A DNA stretch of 64,000 nucleotides, from contig JBBRCE010000005.1 in the NCBI GenBank assembly GCA_038205115.1, positions 79,754 through 143,753 on the forward strand, written 5' to 3'. The notes beneath the pieces were generated by a model. The model did not search any database, was not told the DNA's origin, and saw only the letters and a program-made list of their open reading frames with translations. Every line of letters begins with the position of its first letter. Positions within the stretch are counted from its first letter, which is position 1. Positions 1 through 10,873 of the stretch are shown here, piece by piece. Source of the stretch: Pirellulales bacterium. Its GTDB lineage: Bacteria; Planctomycetota; Planctomycetia; Pirellulales; JBBRCE01. Both the position numbers and the translations under genes were made by a program.

Positions 1-1
1 T

Positions 2-142
2 ATTCCGCCCGATCGCCGTTCGCCGATTCTCAGCGAGAAAATTGCCAATCTCGATCTCTGCAAACGTGAAGCGGGCGATGTTCGCGACGGTTACAACCGC
101 GGCTGGATGACCAAGTTTTACGATAAAGTCAAACCGTTCTAA
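2..142 (+). CDS. flgH: Flagellar L-ring protein, C-terminal fragment (runs off left edge)
   Basis: Own translation of frame +2: ...ILSEKIANLDLCKREAGDVRDGYNRGWMTKFYDKVKPF*. This fits the FlgH C-terminal 'S..IA....GW...F....PF' pattern, and it lies directly upstream of flgI. Confidence 0.8.
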   Translation: MPPDRRSPILSEKIANLDLCKREAGDVRDGYNRGWMTKFYDKVKPF

Positions 143-197
143 ATCGCGTCGACAGCAACTTTCGCACACGAGTCAAATTCCAACACGAGCCGGTCGC

Positions 198-1286
198 ATG
201 AAACGTCACCTTCGCAAACTGATCACACTGCTCTCGCTGACCGGCATCATGCTGGGCAACGGACCGATCGCGTCGGCACGCAGCCTGGTCAAAAACATTT
301 GTCGCGTGAAAGGTCAGGAAGAAAACACTCTGCACGGTTTGGGGTTGGTTGTCGGACTCAAAGCCACCGGTGACGGCGGCGAATATCTGCCCACCATTCG
401 CAGTTTGGCAGCCGCATTCGGCACAATGGGCGAACAACTCGGCCCTAAGCCTTTTTTCGAACTGAAGGACACCAAAAACGTCGCGCTGGTGATGGTTACG
501 GTCACCGTACCGGCCACCGGCGCCCGACAAGGCGATCGGTTAGATTGCACCATCAGTTCCATCGGTAACGCCAAGAGCTTGGTGGGCGGGCAGTTGTTCA
601 TCACGCCGCTGGTCGGTCCGCTGGCGCCGGCTCGCAACGGCAAAGCGCAAGACCCGCGCGTCTACGCGTTGGCTCAAGGCGCCGTGCACGTGGACAACGA
701 AAAATTGCCGACCGTCGGCAAGATCAACAAGGGCTGCCGTTTGGAAGAAGACTTTTTGAACGTGTTTTCCAAGGATGGAAAAATCACTTTGGTGCTCGAT
801 AAAAATCACGCCGACTTTCAAGTCGCGCAGGATTTGGCCGAACTCATCAACAGCCAATTGAGCTTTCAGTCTCGCGACGGCAACTTGGCCAAAGCCTTGG
901 ATCCGGTCAACGTGCAAGTGACGATCCCGGCTCAATATCTGGAAAACCCGGTGGAGTTTGTATCGCAGGTGCTGAGCCTGCCGATTCTGGATCCCCGCAC
1001 CGACGCCCGCGTGGTGATTAATGAAAAAGCCGGCAGTATTGTCGTGGGCGCGGACGTTGAAATTGGACCGGTGGTGGTGACGCATCGCAACATCGTCGTC
1101 GACACCACCGACCCGGCGGCGGTCTCGAAGTTCATCCCGGTTGATCCGAACAAATCCAGCACGGCCAAACTCAAAGCACTGGTCGAAGCGTTGAACGCCG
1201 TCAAAGTTCCGCAAGCGGATCAGATCGAAATCATCAAAGGCATCGAGCGAACCGGTAATCTGCACGGCGCGCTAATTATTGAATAA
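198..1286 (+). CDS. flgI: Flagellar P-ring protein
   Basis: Signal peptide; N.L.GLGLVVGL..TGD, KNVALVMVT, GNAKSL.GG.L..TPL, ARVVINE..G.IV.G and C-terminal G.LHGAL motifs. Confidence 0.95.
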   Translation: MKRHLRKLITLLSLTGIMLGNGPIASARSLVKNICRVKGQEENTLHGLGLVVGLKATGDGGEYLPTIRSLAAAFGTMGEQLGPKPFFELKDTKNVALVMVTVTVPATGARQGDRLDCTISSIGNAKSLVGGQLFITPLVGPLAPARNGKAQDPRVYALAQGAVHVDNEKLPTVGKINKGCRLEEDFLNVFSKDGKITLVLDKNHADFQVAQDLAELINSQLSFQSRDGNLAKALDPVNVQVTIPAQYLENPVEFVSQVLSLPILDPRTDARVVINEKAGSIVVGADVEIGPVVVTHRNIVVDTTDPAAVSKFIPVDPNKSSTAKLKALVEALNAVKVPQADQIEIIKGIERTGNLHGALIIE

Positions 1287-1327
1287 GTTCGGAATACGTT
1301 GGGCACTCGCAATACGAGGTACGTCGC

Positions 1328-1645
1328 ATGAATACCATCAACGCCGTCAAACGCTACACCGACGCGCAAGCCGCCCAAGCGCCCACGCACAACGTCAAGC
1401 CGCCCATGAAAGACGATCCACAAGTTCGCGAGGCGTTTGACAGCTTCGTCGGCCAAACGTTTTACGGCCAGATGCTGGCCTCCATGCGGAAGACCCAAGG
1501 CAAAACGCCTTACTTCAATGGCGGCCGTGGCGAACAAGTTTTTCAAGGACAGTTGGATCAACAGTTGGCCGAGCAGATGAGCAAGGCCAACGCCGGACAG
1601 TTCAGCGGCCCGATGTTCGATTTATTCTCGCTGCAACGTTCGTAA
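1328..1645 (+). CDS. flgJ: Rod-binding (FlgJ N-terminal domain only) protein
   Basis: F...F..QML.SMRKT...GE.VF...LDQQLAEQMS motif, position after flgI, no muramidase domain. Confidence 0.8.
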   Translation: MNTINAVKRYTDAQAAQAPTHNVKPPMKDDPQVREAFDSFVGQTFYGQMLASMRKTQGKTPYFNGGRGEQVFQGQLDQQLAEQMSKANAGQFSGPMFDLFSLQRS

Positions 1646-1707
1646 ACGCAGATTCGACCAGCCAGCAAGCGACCACTTCTCAATTCACACCTCGCGGCGT
1701 CCCGTCC

Positions 1708-2187
1708 ATGAATCTCGAAACCAATATCGCTTCGCTGCTCGACGAACTCTCCGCGGTACAAAGCGAATTGCTGGCGATTCTGCAGCGCAAACGGCAGTGC
1801 TTGCTGGATCAGAATGCCGCCGGGCTGGCCGCCATTGCCGCCGATGAGACGCAAATTCTGGCCCGCTTGCAAGCCTGTCACGACCGTCGCGGCGAACTGC
1901 TGGCCGACGCTGCCAGCGACGGACACCCCGCGCAGAATCTTCGCTCGCTCGCTGGCACGCTGCCGCGCATGCAACGCCGTGCTGTCGAAACTCAAATTCG
2001 CGATGCCGAAAGTCGTTCGCGGCTGTTACAGCACCACAGCCTGACAAACTGGGTGGTTACGCAGAGAACTTTGCTACATCTTTCGCAATTGCTGGAGATC
2101 ATCGCGACAGGCGGCCGGATAAAGCCGACATATGGAAATGGCGAGCCATTGGCATCCGGCGGATCGGTGCTCGATCACGCAGCCTGA
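1708..2187 (+). CDS. flgN: Flagellar export chaperone FlgN family
   Basis: Helical 159-aa protein between flgJ and flgK, ending in TY...G....LD.AA. Confidence 0.75.
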   Translation: MNLETNIASLLDELSAVQSELLAILQRKRQCLLDQNAAGLAAIAADETQILARLQACHDRRGELLADAASDGHPAQNLRSLAGTLPRMQRRAVETQIRDAESRSRLLQHHSLTNWVVTQRTLLHLSQLLEIIATGGRIKPTYGNGEPLASGGSVLDHAA

Positions 2188-2318
2188 TACGACTGCGTCG
2201 AGTTTGCCGATCACGCAAGGGATCGAACGTTCGAGGCCAGCCTTCGTCGTCAAGGTCGCTGGCTCGCCTTCCGACGAAACCGCACGCCGCTAACAATCGC
2301 TCGGCAACGGAAACCGTT

Positions 2319-4016
2319 ATGTCGCTGTTCAGTTCACTTCAGCTCGGCGCCAATACGCTGCAGGTCGATCAAATCGGCTTGCAAGTGGCCGGGCAGAATA
2401 TCTCCAACGCGAATACGCCCGGCTACATTCGCGAACGATTGCTGCTGCAAACCGCCGACCCGCAAAAGTCAGGCAACCTGATTCTTGGGCTTGGCGTACG
2501 CGCGCAGTCCGTTCAACAGGTCGTCGATAAGCTGCTCGATCAACGCTTGCGGGCAGCCACGTCCGACGCCGCCAATACGCAAGCGCAAGCCGACACCTAT
2601 CAGCAAATTGAAACCTACGTTGGCGCGCTCGACAGCAACAACCTGAATGCTTCGCTCAATAGCTTCACCGCCAGCGTCAACGATGTGCTCAATCAGCCCA
2701 CCAGCGTACCTGTGCGCAACCTGGCCGTACTCAAGGGGCAATCGCTGGCTGGCGATATCAATCAGTTGGCATCTCGGGTCAGCGATTTTCGCAAGGGGCT
2801 GAACGACCAGGTCGATCAAGCGGCCACGCAGATTAATACGCTGGTCGAACAAATTCGCACACTCAACCTTAAAATCACGGAAACCGAAGGCGGCGCGGTT
2901 GGTAAAAGCGACGCCGTTGGCCTGCGAGACCAACGCAACACCGCGCTTAAGTCACTTTCGCAACTGATTGATGTCCGTACGCAAGAACAATCCGACGGCA
3001 GCGTGAATGTCTTCACCGGCGGCGAATATCTGGTTTTCGAAGGCACCTCGCGGAGCGTCAACACCGTCGCTACGCAAGACCGTGGTCAGACAGTCGACAA
3101 CTTGCAATTGGCCGATACGAAATCGGCCTTACATTTCATCTCAGGTTCCGTGGCCGGACTGATCGCCTCGCGCGATACCATTGCCGGTGGTTTTCTCGAC
3201 CAACTCAATTCGTTTGCCGGTACGCTGGCGTTCAATTTCAACAACGTCTACGCGTCGGGACAGGGTCTCAACGGTTACACCCAATTGACCAGCCAGTCCA
3301 GTGTGGCGGCCAACGAAATCGCACTGGATGCCGCCGGCTTGGCAAACCCGCCCGTAAACGGCTCGTTTCAAATTCAGGTTTTGAACACCAAGACCGGCCA
3401 GACGCAAACCACAAACATCAACGTCAATTTGCACGGCCTGGATTCAGACACGTCGCTCAACACGCTGGCCAGTCAGATCAGTTCAGTCAGCGGTTTGTCG
3501 GCCACCGCAACATCGGACGGTCGGCTGAAAATCCAAAGCAATTCGTCCGACCTGCAGTTTTCGTTTGCTGGCGATACGAGCCACGTCTTGGCTTCGCTGG
3601 GGCTGAACACGTTTTTCACAGGCAACGACGCCAGCAGTATTGGCATCAACAAAGATGTGATCGGCGATCCCTCGAAGTTTGCGGCTAGCGGCGGCGGAGT
3701 GGGCGAAGATACGCAAAATGCCTTAAAGCTGACGCAGTTTATCGATCAGCCCATCGATTCTCAGCAAGGCAACTCGATCGGCACGATTTACAACAACTTG
3801 GTCGCCAACGTCACGCAAGCTTCATCCGTGGCTAAGAGCAGCGCCGACGGTAACAGCGTCTTTCAAAAGTCGCTCGAGAGCCAGCAACTTTCGGTGCAAG
3901 GCGTCAATATCGACGAAGAAACCATCAACATCATCCAGTATCAGCGATCGTATCAGGCCACCGCCAAGTTCATTTCCACGATTTCCGATCTGCTTGACAC
4001 ACTAGTGAAATTGTAA
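2319..4016 (+). CDS. flgK: Flagellar hook-associated protein 1
   Basis: GQNISNANTPGY.R, LRDQRN and C-terminal GVNIDEE...IIQYQRSYQA.AK.I motifs. Confidence 0.95.
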   Translation: MSLFSSLQLGANTLQVDQIGLQVAGQNISNANTPGYIRERLLLQTADPQKSGNLILGLGVRAQSVQQVVDKLLDQRLRAATSDAANTQAQADTYQQIETYVGALDSNNLNASLNSFTASVNDVLNQPTSVPVRNLAVLKGQSLAGDINQLASRVSDFRKGLNDQVDQAATQINTLVEQIRTLNLKITETEGGAVGKSDAVGLRDQRNTALKSLSQLIDVRTQEQSDGSVNVFTGGEYLVFEGTSRSVNTVATQDRGQTVDNLQLADTKSALHFISGSVAGLIASRDTIAGGFLDQLNSFAGTLAFNFNNVYASGQGLNGYTQLTSQSSVAANEIALDAAGLANPPVNGSFQIQVLNTKTGQTQTTNINVNLHGLDSDTSLNTLASQISSVSGLSATATSDGRLKIQSNSSDLQFSFAGDTSHVLASLGLNTFFTGNDASSIGINKDVIGDPSKFAASGGGVGEDTQNALKLTQFIDQPIDSQQGNSIGTIYNNLVANVTQASSVAKSSADGNSVFQKSLESQQLSVQGVNIDEETINIIQYQRSYQATAKFISTISDLLDTLVKL

Positions 4017-4090
4017 ATCGCTGTCATTGCTGCCCCGCATTTTCCCAACCGACGATCGCGCCCAACGCACCTTTTTTTCAGTAGCCCGCA

Positions 4091-6400
4091 ATGTCCAGCA
4101 TCATCCCCGTATCGACCTCGCGCGTGAGTAGCTTGCTGGTTACGCAGTCGCTGCTGAGCCAAATTCAATCCAATGAATCGGACTTGCTGAAGATTCAAAA
4201 CCAGATTTCCACTGGGCAGCGAATTTCGCTTGGCAGTGAAGACGCGCCGGCGGCGCTCCGCGCCATCGGACTGCAAAATCTGCTCGATCGAAAAAGTCAG
4301 TTCAAGACGAATTTGCAGACCAATCAGGCGTACTTGGGGGCCACCGATACCGCGCTGGCGAATGCATCGTCGTTGTTGGCCAGCGCGCGCGGTGTGGCCG
4401 TTTCCGCCGCGGATGGCACGTCCGACGCCACGCAACGCGGCGCCGCCGCCGATCAAATCGGCAACGCGCTGCAACAACTCGTCAGCATCGGCAACCAACA
4501 ATTCAACGGACGCTACCTGTTTGCCGGATCCAAGCCAGGGCAACCGCCGTTCGAACTCGTCGGCAACTACGTCCGCTACAACGGCAACGATCAGCAGTTG
4601 CCCAGCATTGCCGATCTCAATAATTTGTTCAGCACGAATGTCACCGGCAATCAGGCGTTTGGCGCCATCTCTACCCCGCTTCAGGGCAGCGTCGATCTGA
4701 ATCCGATTTTGACCCGCGATACAAAACTTTCCACGCTCAACGGCGGCGCCGGAATCGCCAAAGGCAGTATCACCGTCACAGACGGCGTGAATCCTTCGGT
4801 GGTCGATCTCAGCCACGCAGATACTCTGGGTGATGTGATCGACGCCATCGAACGCAATCCTCCGGCAGGCCGTAGCGTCAAAGTCGATTTAACCGCCGGC
4901 GGATTGAATGTTTCGATCGATTCCGCCGGCGGCGGCAATCTGGCTGTGCTCGAAGTCGGCAGCGGATCGGCTGCTCGCGATTTGGGAATTGCGCGCAAGA
5001 CCAATTCCGGCGTCACGCCCATCGTAGGCAGTGACATCAACCCGCAACTCAGTTTAGCCACGCCATTGAGCGGAATTCTCGGATCGAGATCGTCGGCCAA
5101 GATCACGTCCGCAGGCGCAAACAATGATCTGCTGGTGGTGGCCAAAAAGAACGGCGCGGCCTACGACGGCCTGCAAATCAACTTTGTGGACGATGGCACC
5201 GTCACCGCCGGAAACGAGCAAGTCACTTACGACTCCAATGCGCACTCGGTTACAGTCAAGATTCAAACCGGCGCCACCAGCGCCAATCAGATTCGCACGG
5301 CGCTCAACGGTACGGCTACTTTTGCGGCCGATTACGAGACGCAAATCGACGCCCATGAAACCAGCAACTCCGGAAATGGTGCCGTGGCCATCGGGCCAAC
5401 GGTCACGACATCCGGCGGTTCAGGCAGTGATTTCGACCAGGCCCGCGGCCTGACGATCGTCAATGGAGATCAAACGTATCAAATTGATTTGAGCAATGCC
5501 AAAACCATCGAAGACGTGCTCAACACCATCAACGGCGCCGGCGCTTCGGTCTTGGCCGAAATCAATTCAACAGGCAACGGGCTGAACATCCGCTCGCGAC
5601 TCAGTGGCGCCGATTTTTCCATTGGCGAAAATGGCGGCCAAACGGCCAGTCAACTTGGGCTGCGTACTTTCAGCGCCACGACGAACCTGGATGACCTCAA
5701 TCATGGTCTAGGCGTGCACGCCTCCGGCGGTCCGGACTTCGCCATCCAACGAAAAGACAATTCGCAGTTGCAGATCAATCTGAGTTCGGCCAAGACGATT
5801 GGCGACGTTCTGAATCTGATCAATAACGACCCCAACAATCAGAACCTTTCCAACCGGGTCACGGCCAGCCTGAACGCCAGCGGCAACGGAATTTCGCTCA
5901 GCGCCAGCAGCGGCGGCGGCACGAATCCGTTGGTCGTCACCAAAATTGGCGGCAGTCAGGCGGCCGAAGACCTCGGTTTGATCCCCGTCGGAGCCAACGC
6001 GAGCGCCGCGGCCACCATCGGCGGCGGCGTCGATTCCATCAATGGTCGCGACGCCAACCCGCAAGAAGTCGCTGGGCTGTTCACCTCGCTGCTGCGGGCA
6101 AAAACGGCCGTGCTCAGCAACGATTTGCCGCAAATTCATCGTTCGCTATCCACGCTCGACACTGCCACGAACAGCTTCAACGCGGTGCAAGCGGAACTCG
6201 GCGCACGGCAGCAAAACGTCGACGCGCTGCAGACCCAACTCACCAACGATACCACCAGCCTGACCGATCAAAAGTCGCAAGCCATCGACACGGATATCGC
6301 TGCATCGATCACCGATTTGCTTTCGCGCCAATCGGCTCTGCAAGCCGCGCTCAAGCTCACCGCGCAAATCTCGCAACTCTCGATCTTGAACTACTTGTAG
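4091..6400 (+). CDS. flgL: Flagellar hook-associated protein 3 (flagellin family), enlarged
   Basis: QISTGQRI, N.QFNGRYLFAG, LGARQ and C-terminal LSILNYL motifs; follows flgK. Confidence 0.9.
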   Translation: MSSIIPVSTSRVSSLLVTQSLLSQIQSNESDLLKIQNQISTGQRISLGSEDAPAALRAIGLQNLLDRKSQFKTNLQTNQAYLGATDTALANASSLLASARGVAVSAADGTSDATQRGAAADQIGNALQQLVSIGNQQFNGRYLFAGSKPGQPPFELVGNYVRYNGNDQQLPSIADLNNLFSTNVTGNQAFGAISTPLQGSVDLNPILTRDTKLSTLNGGAGIAKGSITVTDGVNPSVVDLSHADTLGDVIDAIERNPPAGRSVKVDLTAGGLNVSIDSAGGGNLAVLEVGSGSAARDLGIARKTNSGVTPIVGSDINPQLSLATPLSGILGSRSSAKITSAGANNDLLVVAKKNGAAYDGLQINFVDDGTVTAGNEQVTYDSNAHSVTVKIQTGATSANQIRTALNGTATFAADYETQIDAHETSNSGNGAVAIGPTVTTSGGSGSDFDQARGLTIVNGDQTYQIDLSNAKTIEDVLNTINGAGASVLAEINSTGNGLNIRSRLSGADFSIGENGGQTASQLGLRTFSATTNLDDLNHGLGVHASGGPDFAIQRKDNSQLQINLSSAKTIGDVLNLINNDPNNQNLSNRVTASLNASGNGISLSASSGGGTNPLVVTKIGGSQAAEDLGLIPVGANASAAATIGGGVDSINGRDANPQEVAGLFTSLLRAKTAVLSNDLPQIHRSLSTLDTATNSFNAVQAELGARQQNVDALQTQLTNDTTSLTDQKSQAIDTDIAASITDLLSRQSALQAALKLTAQISQLSILNYL

Positions 6401-6535
6401 TCCGGCCGCGAATTGGTCGATTGCCCGCCTCTGCGCCCGAAACGCAGCGGTCCGATCCTTTCCAACCAGGGCCAAAAGCCCGCCGCCAACCATCCGTGGC
6501 GTGAAGGCTACAAGCACGTTCCGCCGCCGGAAACA

Positions 6536-7360
6536 TTACTCGCTGCCGCCCGCCCAAGGATTAATCCAATCGCCCCAGTTTTTCAAATATTCGGCATAGG
6601 CGGGCGTGTTGGCGGCGCGGACTTCAAGCCAGGCTTTGGCTTCTTCGATTCGTAATTGCTCATCTCCCAGCGAAAGCATGCCCAACATCACGCGCGTACG
6701 CAGGAATACAAAATACGTATCCAGCACGTCGCACCGACAGTAGTCGTTGATTTCGGCCAGCCGGCCAGCTTCGAACATGTCTTGCACCATGTGCCCTTGC
6801 ACTTCCATCTTGCCGGGCTTGCCCAGCAAGTTGGCGGCCAGGTTTAGCCCGCCGGTGAATCGCGAGGCGCCAAAATTGGTGAGCAGTTCGTGCAGATCCA
6901 GGTGGGCTTGCTGGTTGAAGCGATGCCGTGGCTGATCGAAGCTTTTAGCGTTCGGGGCGAACCAACCCGCCAGACTCAGACCATAGCGATACGCGGCGAG
7001 TTCCAGCAGCGGCAGATCGAAGCCGCGGCCGTTAAAGCTAACCAGCGTAGGCCGGCGATATCGCTCCCAGCCTCGCCAAAAGTTTTCCGTAATGATGTGT
7101 GGGCGGAACTGCGGCTCGTCGAGCACGGCCAGATCGAGCAAGCGGTAGTCTTTGGAAACCTTGCCGACCGCCACGCTGATGGGCAACTGAAACGTATAAG
7201 GAATGAAGTCGCTGTCGTGCTTGTTCAGCAACTCGGCCCGGTAGCGAGCCACGGCGGCATTGGGTGCGAGATTTTCGCCCGGAAAACGCAAGCGCGAGAC
7301 CAGCGTCCCGTCGGCCACGCTTTCGATATCGAACACCAGGTATTCCACGTCGTTGGTCAT
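6536..7360 (-). CDS. PolB-related 3'-5' exonuclease (DEDD family)
   Basis: ExoI VFDIES, ExoII SFNGRGFDLP, ExoIII DYCRCDV. Confidence 0.88.
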   Translation of the reverse strand: MTNDVEYLVFDIESVADGTLVSRLRFPGENLAPNAAVARYRAELLNKHDSDFIPYTFQLPISVAVGKVSKDYRLLDLAVLDEPQFRPHIITENFWRGWERYRRPTLVSFNGRGFDLPLLELAAYRYGLSLAGWFAPNAKSFDQPRHRFNQQAHLDLHELLTNFGASRFTGGLNLAANLLGKPGKMEVQGHMVQDMFEAGRLAEINDYCRCDVLDTYFVFLRTRVMLGMLSLGDEQLRIEEAKAWLEVRAANTPAYAEYLKNWGDWINPWAGGSE

Positions 7361-7643
7361 CCCTTCAAGTTAGCCGTCGGCAACCGTTTTGGACAGTGTT
7401 CCCGGTCAGCATGCAAGCGAAGTCGCCGGCCGTTTCGACTGGTCCAAATGCGGGCGGCAGCTTATATTGGACATGGCTCGGCGCGCTTGCCGGGCTTAGT
7501 CCTGAGCGACTGCTGGCCTCATTGACCGCCGCTCTTGCCCGGCTCGATGGTTTGAGCCTGTTACCGTTTGCACACAGTTGCGCCTGGCCGACGGTTCTTT
7601 ACTCGAGGTTCGTACCATAGCTAAAGCCGATCAAAAACCGACG

Positions 7644-9443
7644 ATGGATTGCCAGCACATTCGAAATTTTTCGATCATCGCCCATATCGACCACGGCAAA
7701 AGCACGCTGGCCGATCGATTGATCGAAGCCACCGGCACGGTCGAAAAGCGCGAGCTCCGCGAGCAGTTGCTGGACGATATGGAGCTCGAACGCCAGCGCG
7801 GCATCACCATCAAAGCCCGCGCCGTGCGGATGGGCTACACGCACAACGGCGAAGATTACGAATTGAATCTGGTCGATACGCCGGGACACGTGGATTTTCA
7901 ATACGAAGTTTCGCGCAGTCTGGCTTGCTGCGAAGGCGCGGTGCTATTGGTGGATGCGTTTCAGGGCGTCGAGGCTCAGACTGTGGCCAATGCCTACGCG
8001 GCCATGGAACACAACCTGACCATTGTGCCGGTGCTCAACAAAGTCGATCTGAAACATGCCCGGCCCGAGCAAGTGATGGAAGAAATGGAGCACGTGCTAG
8101 CCATCGATCCGCTGGACGTGCTGCCTTGCAGCGGCAAGACGGGCATGGGCGTCGAGGCGCTGTTGGCCGCCATCGTGCAGCGCGTTCCGCCGCCAACCGG
8201 CGATCCGACCGCGGCGCTGCAAGCGATGGTGTTCGACTCGCATTACGACGAATTCCGCGGCGCCATCACGTACGTACGGCTGATGAACGGTACGGTTAAA
8301 AAGGGCGATAAGATTCGCTTTTTGAAAGCCGGCTCGGCCTATCAGGTTTTAGAATTGGGCCAATTCATCCCCCAGCGCCGCGCTTGCGAGCAGCTCACCG
8401 CCGGGCAAGTCGGCTACTTGATCTGCAACATCAAGGCAATCAATGAAGTCCACATTGGCGATACCGTCAGCACGGCCGGCGATAATCCCGCGCCGGCGCT
8501 GCCTGGCTATCGGCCGCCGCAACGGATGGTGTATTGCGGGCTGTATCCGTCAGACGGTGAGAACTTCGAAGAACTGCGCGACGCGTTGACCAAGCTAAGC
8601 ATCAACGATCCGAGTTTTGAATTCGCTCCCGAGACCAGCGACGCGCTCGGCTTTGGTTTTCGCTGTGGATTCCTGGGCCTGCTGCACATGGAAATCATTC
8701 AGCAGCGGTTGGAAGGCGAAGCCGATTTAGACTTGGTGCAAACCGCGCCCAACGTGACGTACGAGTTGACCACCACGGCCGGCGAGGTGATGTCGATTCA
8801 CAACCCGCAAGACGTGCCGGATGCCGGTAGCATTCAAGAATTTCGCCAGCCCATCGTGCGCGTGAATTTCGTGCTGCCTACCGACGCCATCGGCCCGGTG
8901 ATGCAGCTTTGTTCCGATCGGCGCGGCGTGTACGTCAAGACGGAGTATCTGTCGCCCACGCGGGCCATCGTGACGTTCGACCTGCCGCTGGCGGAAGTGA
9001 TTTACGACATGCACGACAGACTCAAGAGTGTCACTCGCGGTTACGGCACCATGGACTACGAAATTCTCGGCTACTTTCCGGCCGATCTGGTGCGATTAGA
9101 CATTCTGGTGGGCGGCAAAAAAGTCGACGCGCTTTCGATCATTTGCGACAAGCGCGATGCCGAACGTCGCGGCAGAGCAGTGGTCAAAAAACTCCGCACC
9201 GAGATCGATCGGCACATGTTCGAGATCGCGATTCAAGCCGCGGTTGGCAGCCGCGTGATCGCCCGCGAGACCATTTCGGCCATGCGTAAGAACGTGACCG
9301 CCAAATGTTACGGGGGCGACATCACCCGCAAGCGCAAATTATGGGCCAAGCAAAAAGAAGGCAAGAAGCGAATGAAGTCGATCGGCAGCGTCGACATCCC
9401 GCAAAAGGCGTTTTTGGCCGTGCTTGATACCGGCGAAAAATAG
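7644..9443 (+). CDS. lepA: Translation elongation factor 4
   Basis: IRNFSIIAHIDHGKSTLADR, DTPGHVDF, GFRCGFLGLLHMEI, KCYGGDITRKRKL. Start moved to ATG 7644. Confidence 0.98.
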   Translation: MDCQHIRNFSIIAHIDHGKSTLADRLIEATGTVEKRELREQLLDDMELERQRGITIKARAVRMGYTHNGEDYELNLVDTPGHVDFQYEVSRSLACCEGAVLLVDAFQGVEAQTVANAYAAMEHNLTIVPVLNKVDLKHARPEQVMEEMEHVLAIDPLDVLPCSGKTGMGVEALLAAIVQRVPPPTGDPTAALQAMVFDSHYDEFRGAITYVRLMNGTVKKGDKIRFLKAGSAYQVLELGQFIPQRRACEQLTAGQVGYLICNIKAINEVHIGDTVSTAGDNPAPALPGYRPPQRMVYCGLYPSDGENFEELRDALTKLSINDPSFEFAPETSDALGFGFRCGFLGLLHMEIIQQRLEGEADLDLVQTAPNVTYELTTTAGEVMSIHNPQDVPDAGSIQEFRQPIVRVNFVLPTDAIGPVMQLCSDRRGVYVKTEYLSPTRAIVTFDLPLAEVIYDMHDRLKSVTRGYGTMDYEILGYFPADLVRLDILVGGKKVDALSIICDKRDAERRGRAVVKKLRTEIDRHMFEIAIQAAVGSRVIARETISAMRKNVTAKCYGGDITRKRKLWAKQKEGKKRMKSIGSVDIPQKAFLAVLDTGEK

Positions 9444-9511
9444 TCACCGCGCATCGATCGTTGTGACATGTTGCAATCGACCAAACAATTCCGATTGCGG
9501 CCGATCGGACG

Positions 9512-10873
9512 TTAAAACAGCTCTTCGATCGGCTTGCCGTTATCGACGATCGCCGTCGGACGCCCCGCGTGATTTTGGAAATGCAGCGTGTGGTCCACGC
9601 CCAGTGTGCGATAAATCGAAGCGTGCAAATCGCCAGGCGTGCAGGGCCGATCGGCTGGCCGCTCGCAGATGCGATCCGTGCTGCCAACCACGCGGCCGCC
9701 TTTGACACCACCGCCGGCCAACAGGCAGGTCATCGAGTTGCCCCAGTGGTCGCGCCCCGGCGTTCCGCGATTGCTGCCGTCGTTTAATCGCGGTGCACGG
9801 CCAAATTCGCTGGCCACAACCACCAAGGTTTTTTCTAATCGCCCGCGAGCAGCCAGATCGTTAATCAGCGTTGCCACCGCGGCATCGACTTTCGGAATGC
9901 TGGTTTCGTAGCCTTTCTGCAGATCCCAGTGGTGATCCCAGCCGCCAAATACGGCGGTTACAAACGTGCAACCGGCCTCGGTCAAGCGGCGCGCCAACAG
10001 CGCCGATTGGCCCCAAGTGTTGCGGCCGTAAGCATCACGGGTGGCAGCGTCTTCGCGCGACAGATCAAAAGCTTCGCGTGCTGCCGGTCCAGTCACCATT
10101 TGAAAAGCGGCTTGGCCGAAGCGATCCATCGACTTGGCCAAGCCGGAGTTATCGACATCGCGGCGCAAGGTGTCGAAGCGGTTCAAGAGTTCGCGGCGAT
10201 GATCGAGTCGATCCACCGACAAGCCCGGCGCGAGTTGCACATTATCGACCTTGAATTTTTCACTATTTGGATCGCCACCGGTTTCGAACGGGTTGAACTC
10301 AGCGCCCAAATAGTTGCCACCAAAGTAGCCCGGCCGCAAACCGATGCTCGTTGCCTGCGGCACCGCCACGTACGGCGGCATGCCCGCGTGGCGCGGACCG
10401 CAAATCTTGGCAACCACGGCACCAATGCCGGGACTTTTGCCAGCGGTGTTCGAGCCGTTGGGGCCGAAATAGCTGGTCAGCATCACGTGCCCCGCCGAAT
10501 AATGGTCGCCGTTGTCGTGATGCAACGACCGCAGCAGACAAAATTTGTCGGCGGTTTTGGCCAGCCGGGGCATCAATTCGCTGATTTGCACTCCCGCAAC
10601 GTTTGTCGAGACCGGGCTGAAGATGCTGCGGATTTCGCGCGGCGCGTTGGGCTTCATGTCGAAACTGTCGAGCTGGCTCGAACCGCCGTCGAGCCAAATC
10701 AAAATCACCGAGGAGTCTTTATCGACAGTTCCGGCGTTCATCGCGGCCTCGCGTGCACGCAGCAAATTGGGCAGCGACAACGAAGAAATCGCGGCCAGAC
10801 CGACTTGCACAAAGCTGCGTCGATTTAGGCCATCGCAATAGCGACCGGCGCGTTCCATGTCGATGCGCAACAT
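9512..10873 (-). CDS. DUF1501 domain protein
   Basis: Twin-Arg-like NRRSFVQVG, WLDGG.SQLDSFDMKP, LLARRL.EAG, WDHH, SEFGR.P, GRDHW. Start at ATG 10873. Confidence 0.92.
   Translation of the reverse strand: MLRIDMERAGRYCDGLNRRSFVQVGLAAISSLSLPNLLRAREAAMNAGTVDKDSSVILIWLDGGSSQLDSFDMKPNAPREIRSIFSPVSTNVAGVQISELMPRLAKTADKFCLLRSLHHDNGDHYSAGHVMLTSYFGPNGSNTAGKSPGIGAVVAKICGPRHAGMPPYVAVPQATSIGLRPGYFGGNYLGAEFNPFETGGDPNSEKFKVDNVQLAPGLSVDRLDHRRELLNRFDTLRRDVDNSGLAKSMDRFGQAAFQMVTGPAAREAFDLSREDAATRDAYGRNTWGQSALLARRLTEAGCTFVTAVFGGWDHHWDLQKGYETSIPKVDAAVATLINDLAARGRLEKTLVVVASEFGRAPRLNDGSNRGTPGRDHWGNSMTCLLAGGGVKGGRVVGSTDRICERPADRPCTPGDLHASIYRTLGVDHTLHFQNHAGRPTAIVDNGKPIEELF

Noticed and set aside
1328-1645. FlgJ lacking a muramidase domain as a novelty
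   Set aside because: Single-domain FlgJ is common outside beta- and gammaproteobacteria.
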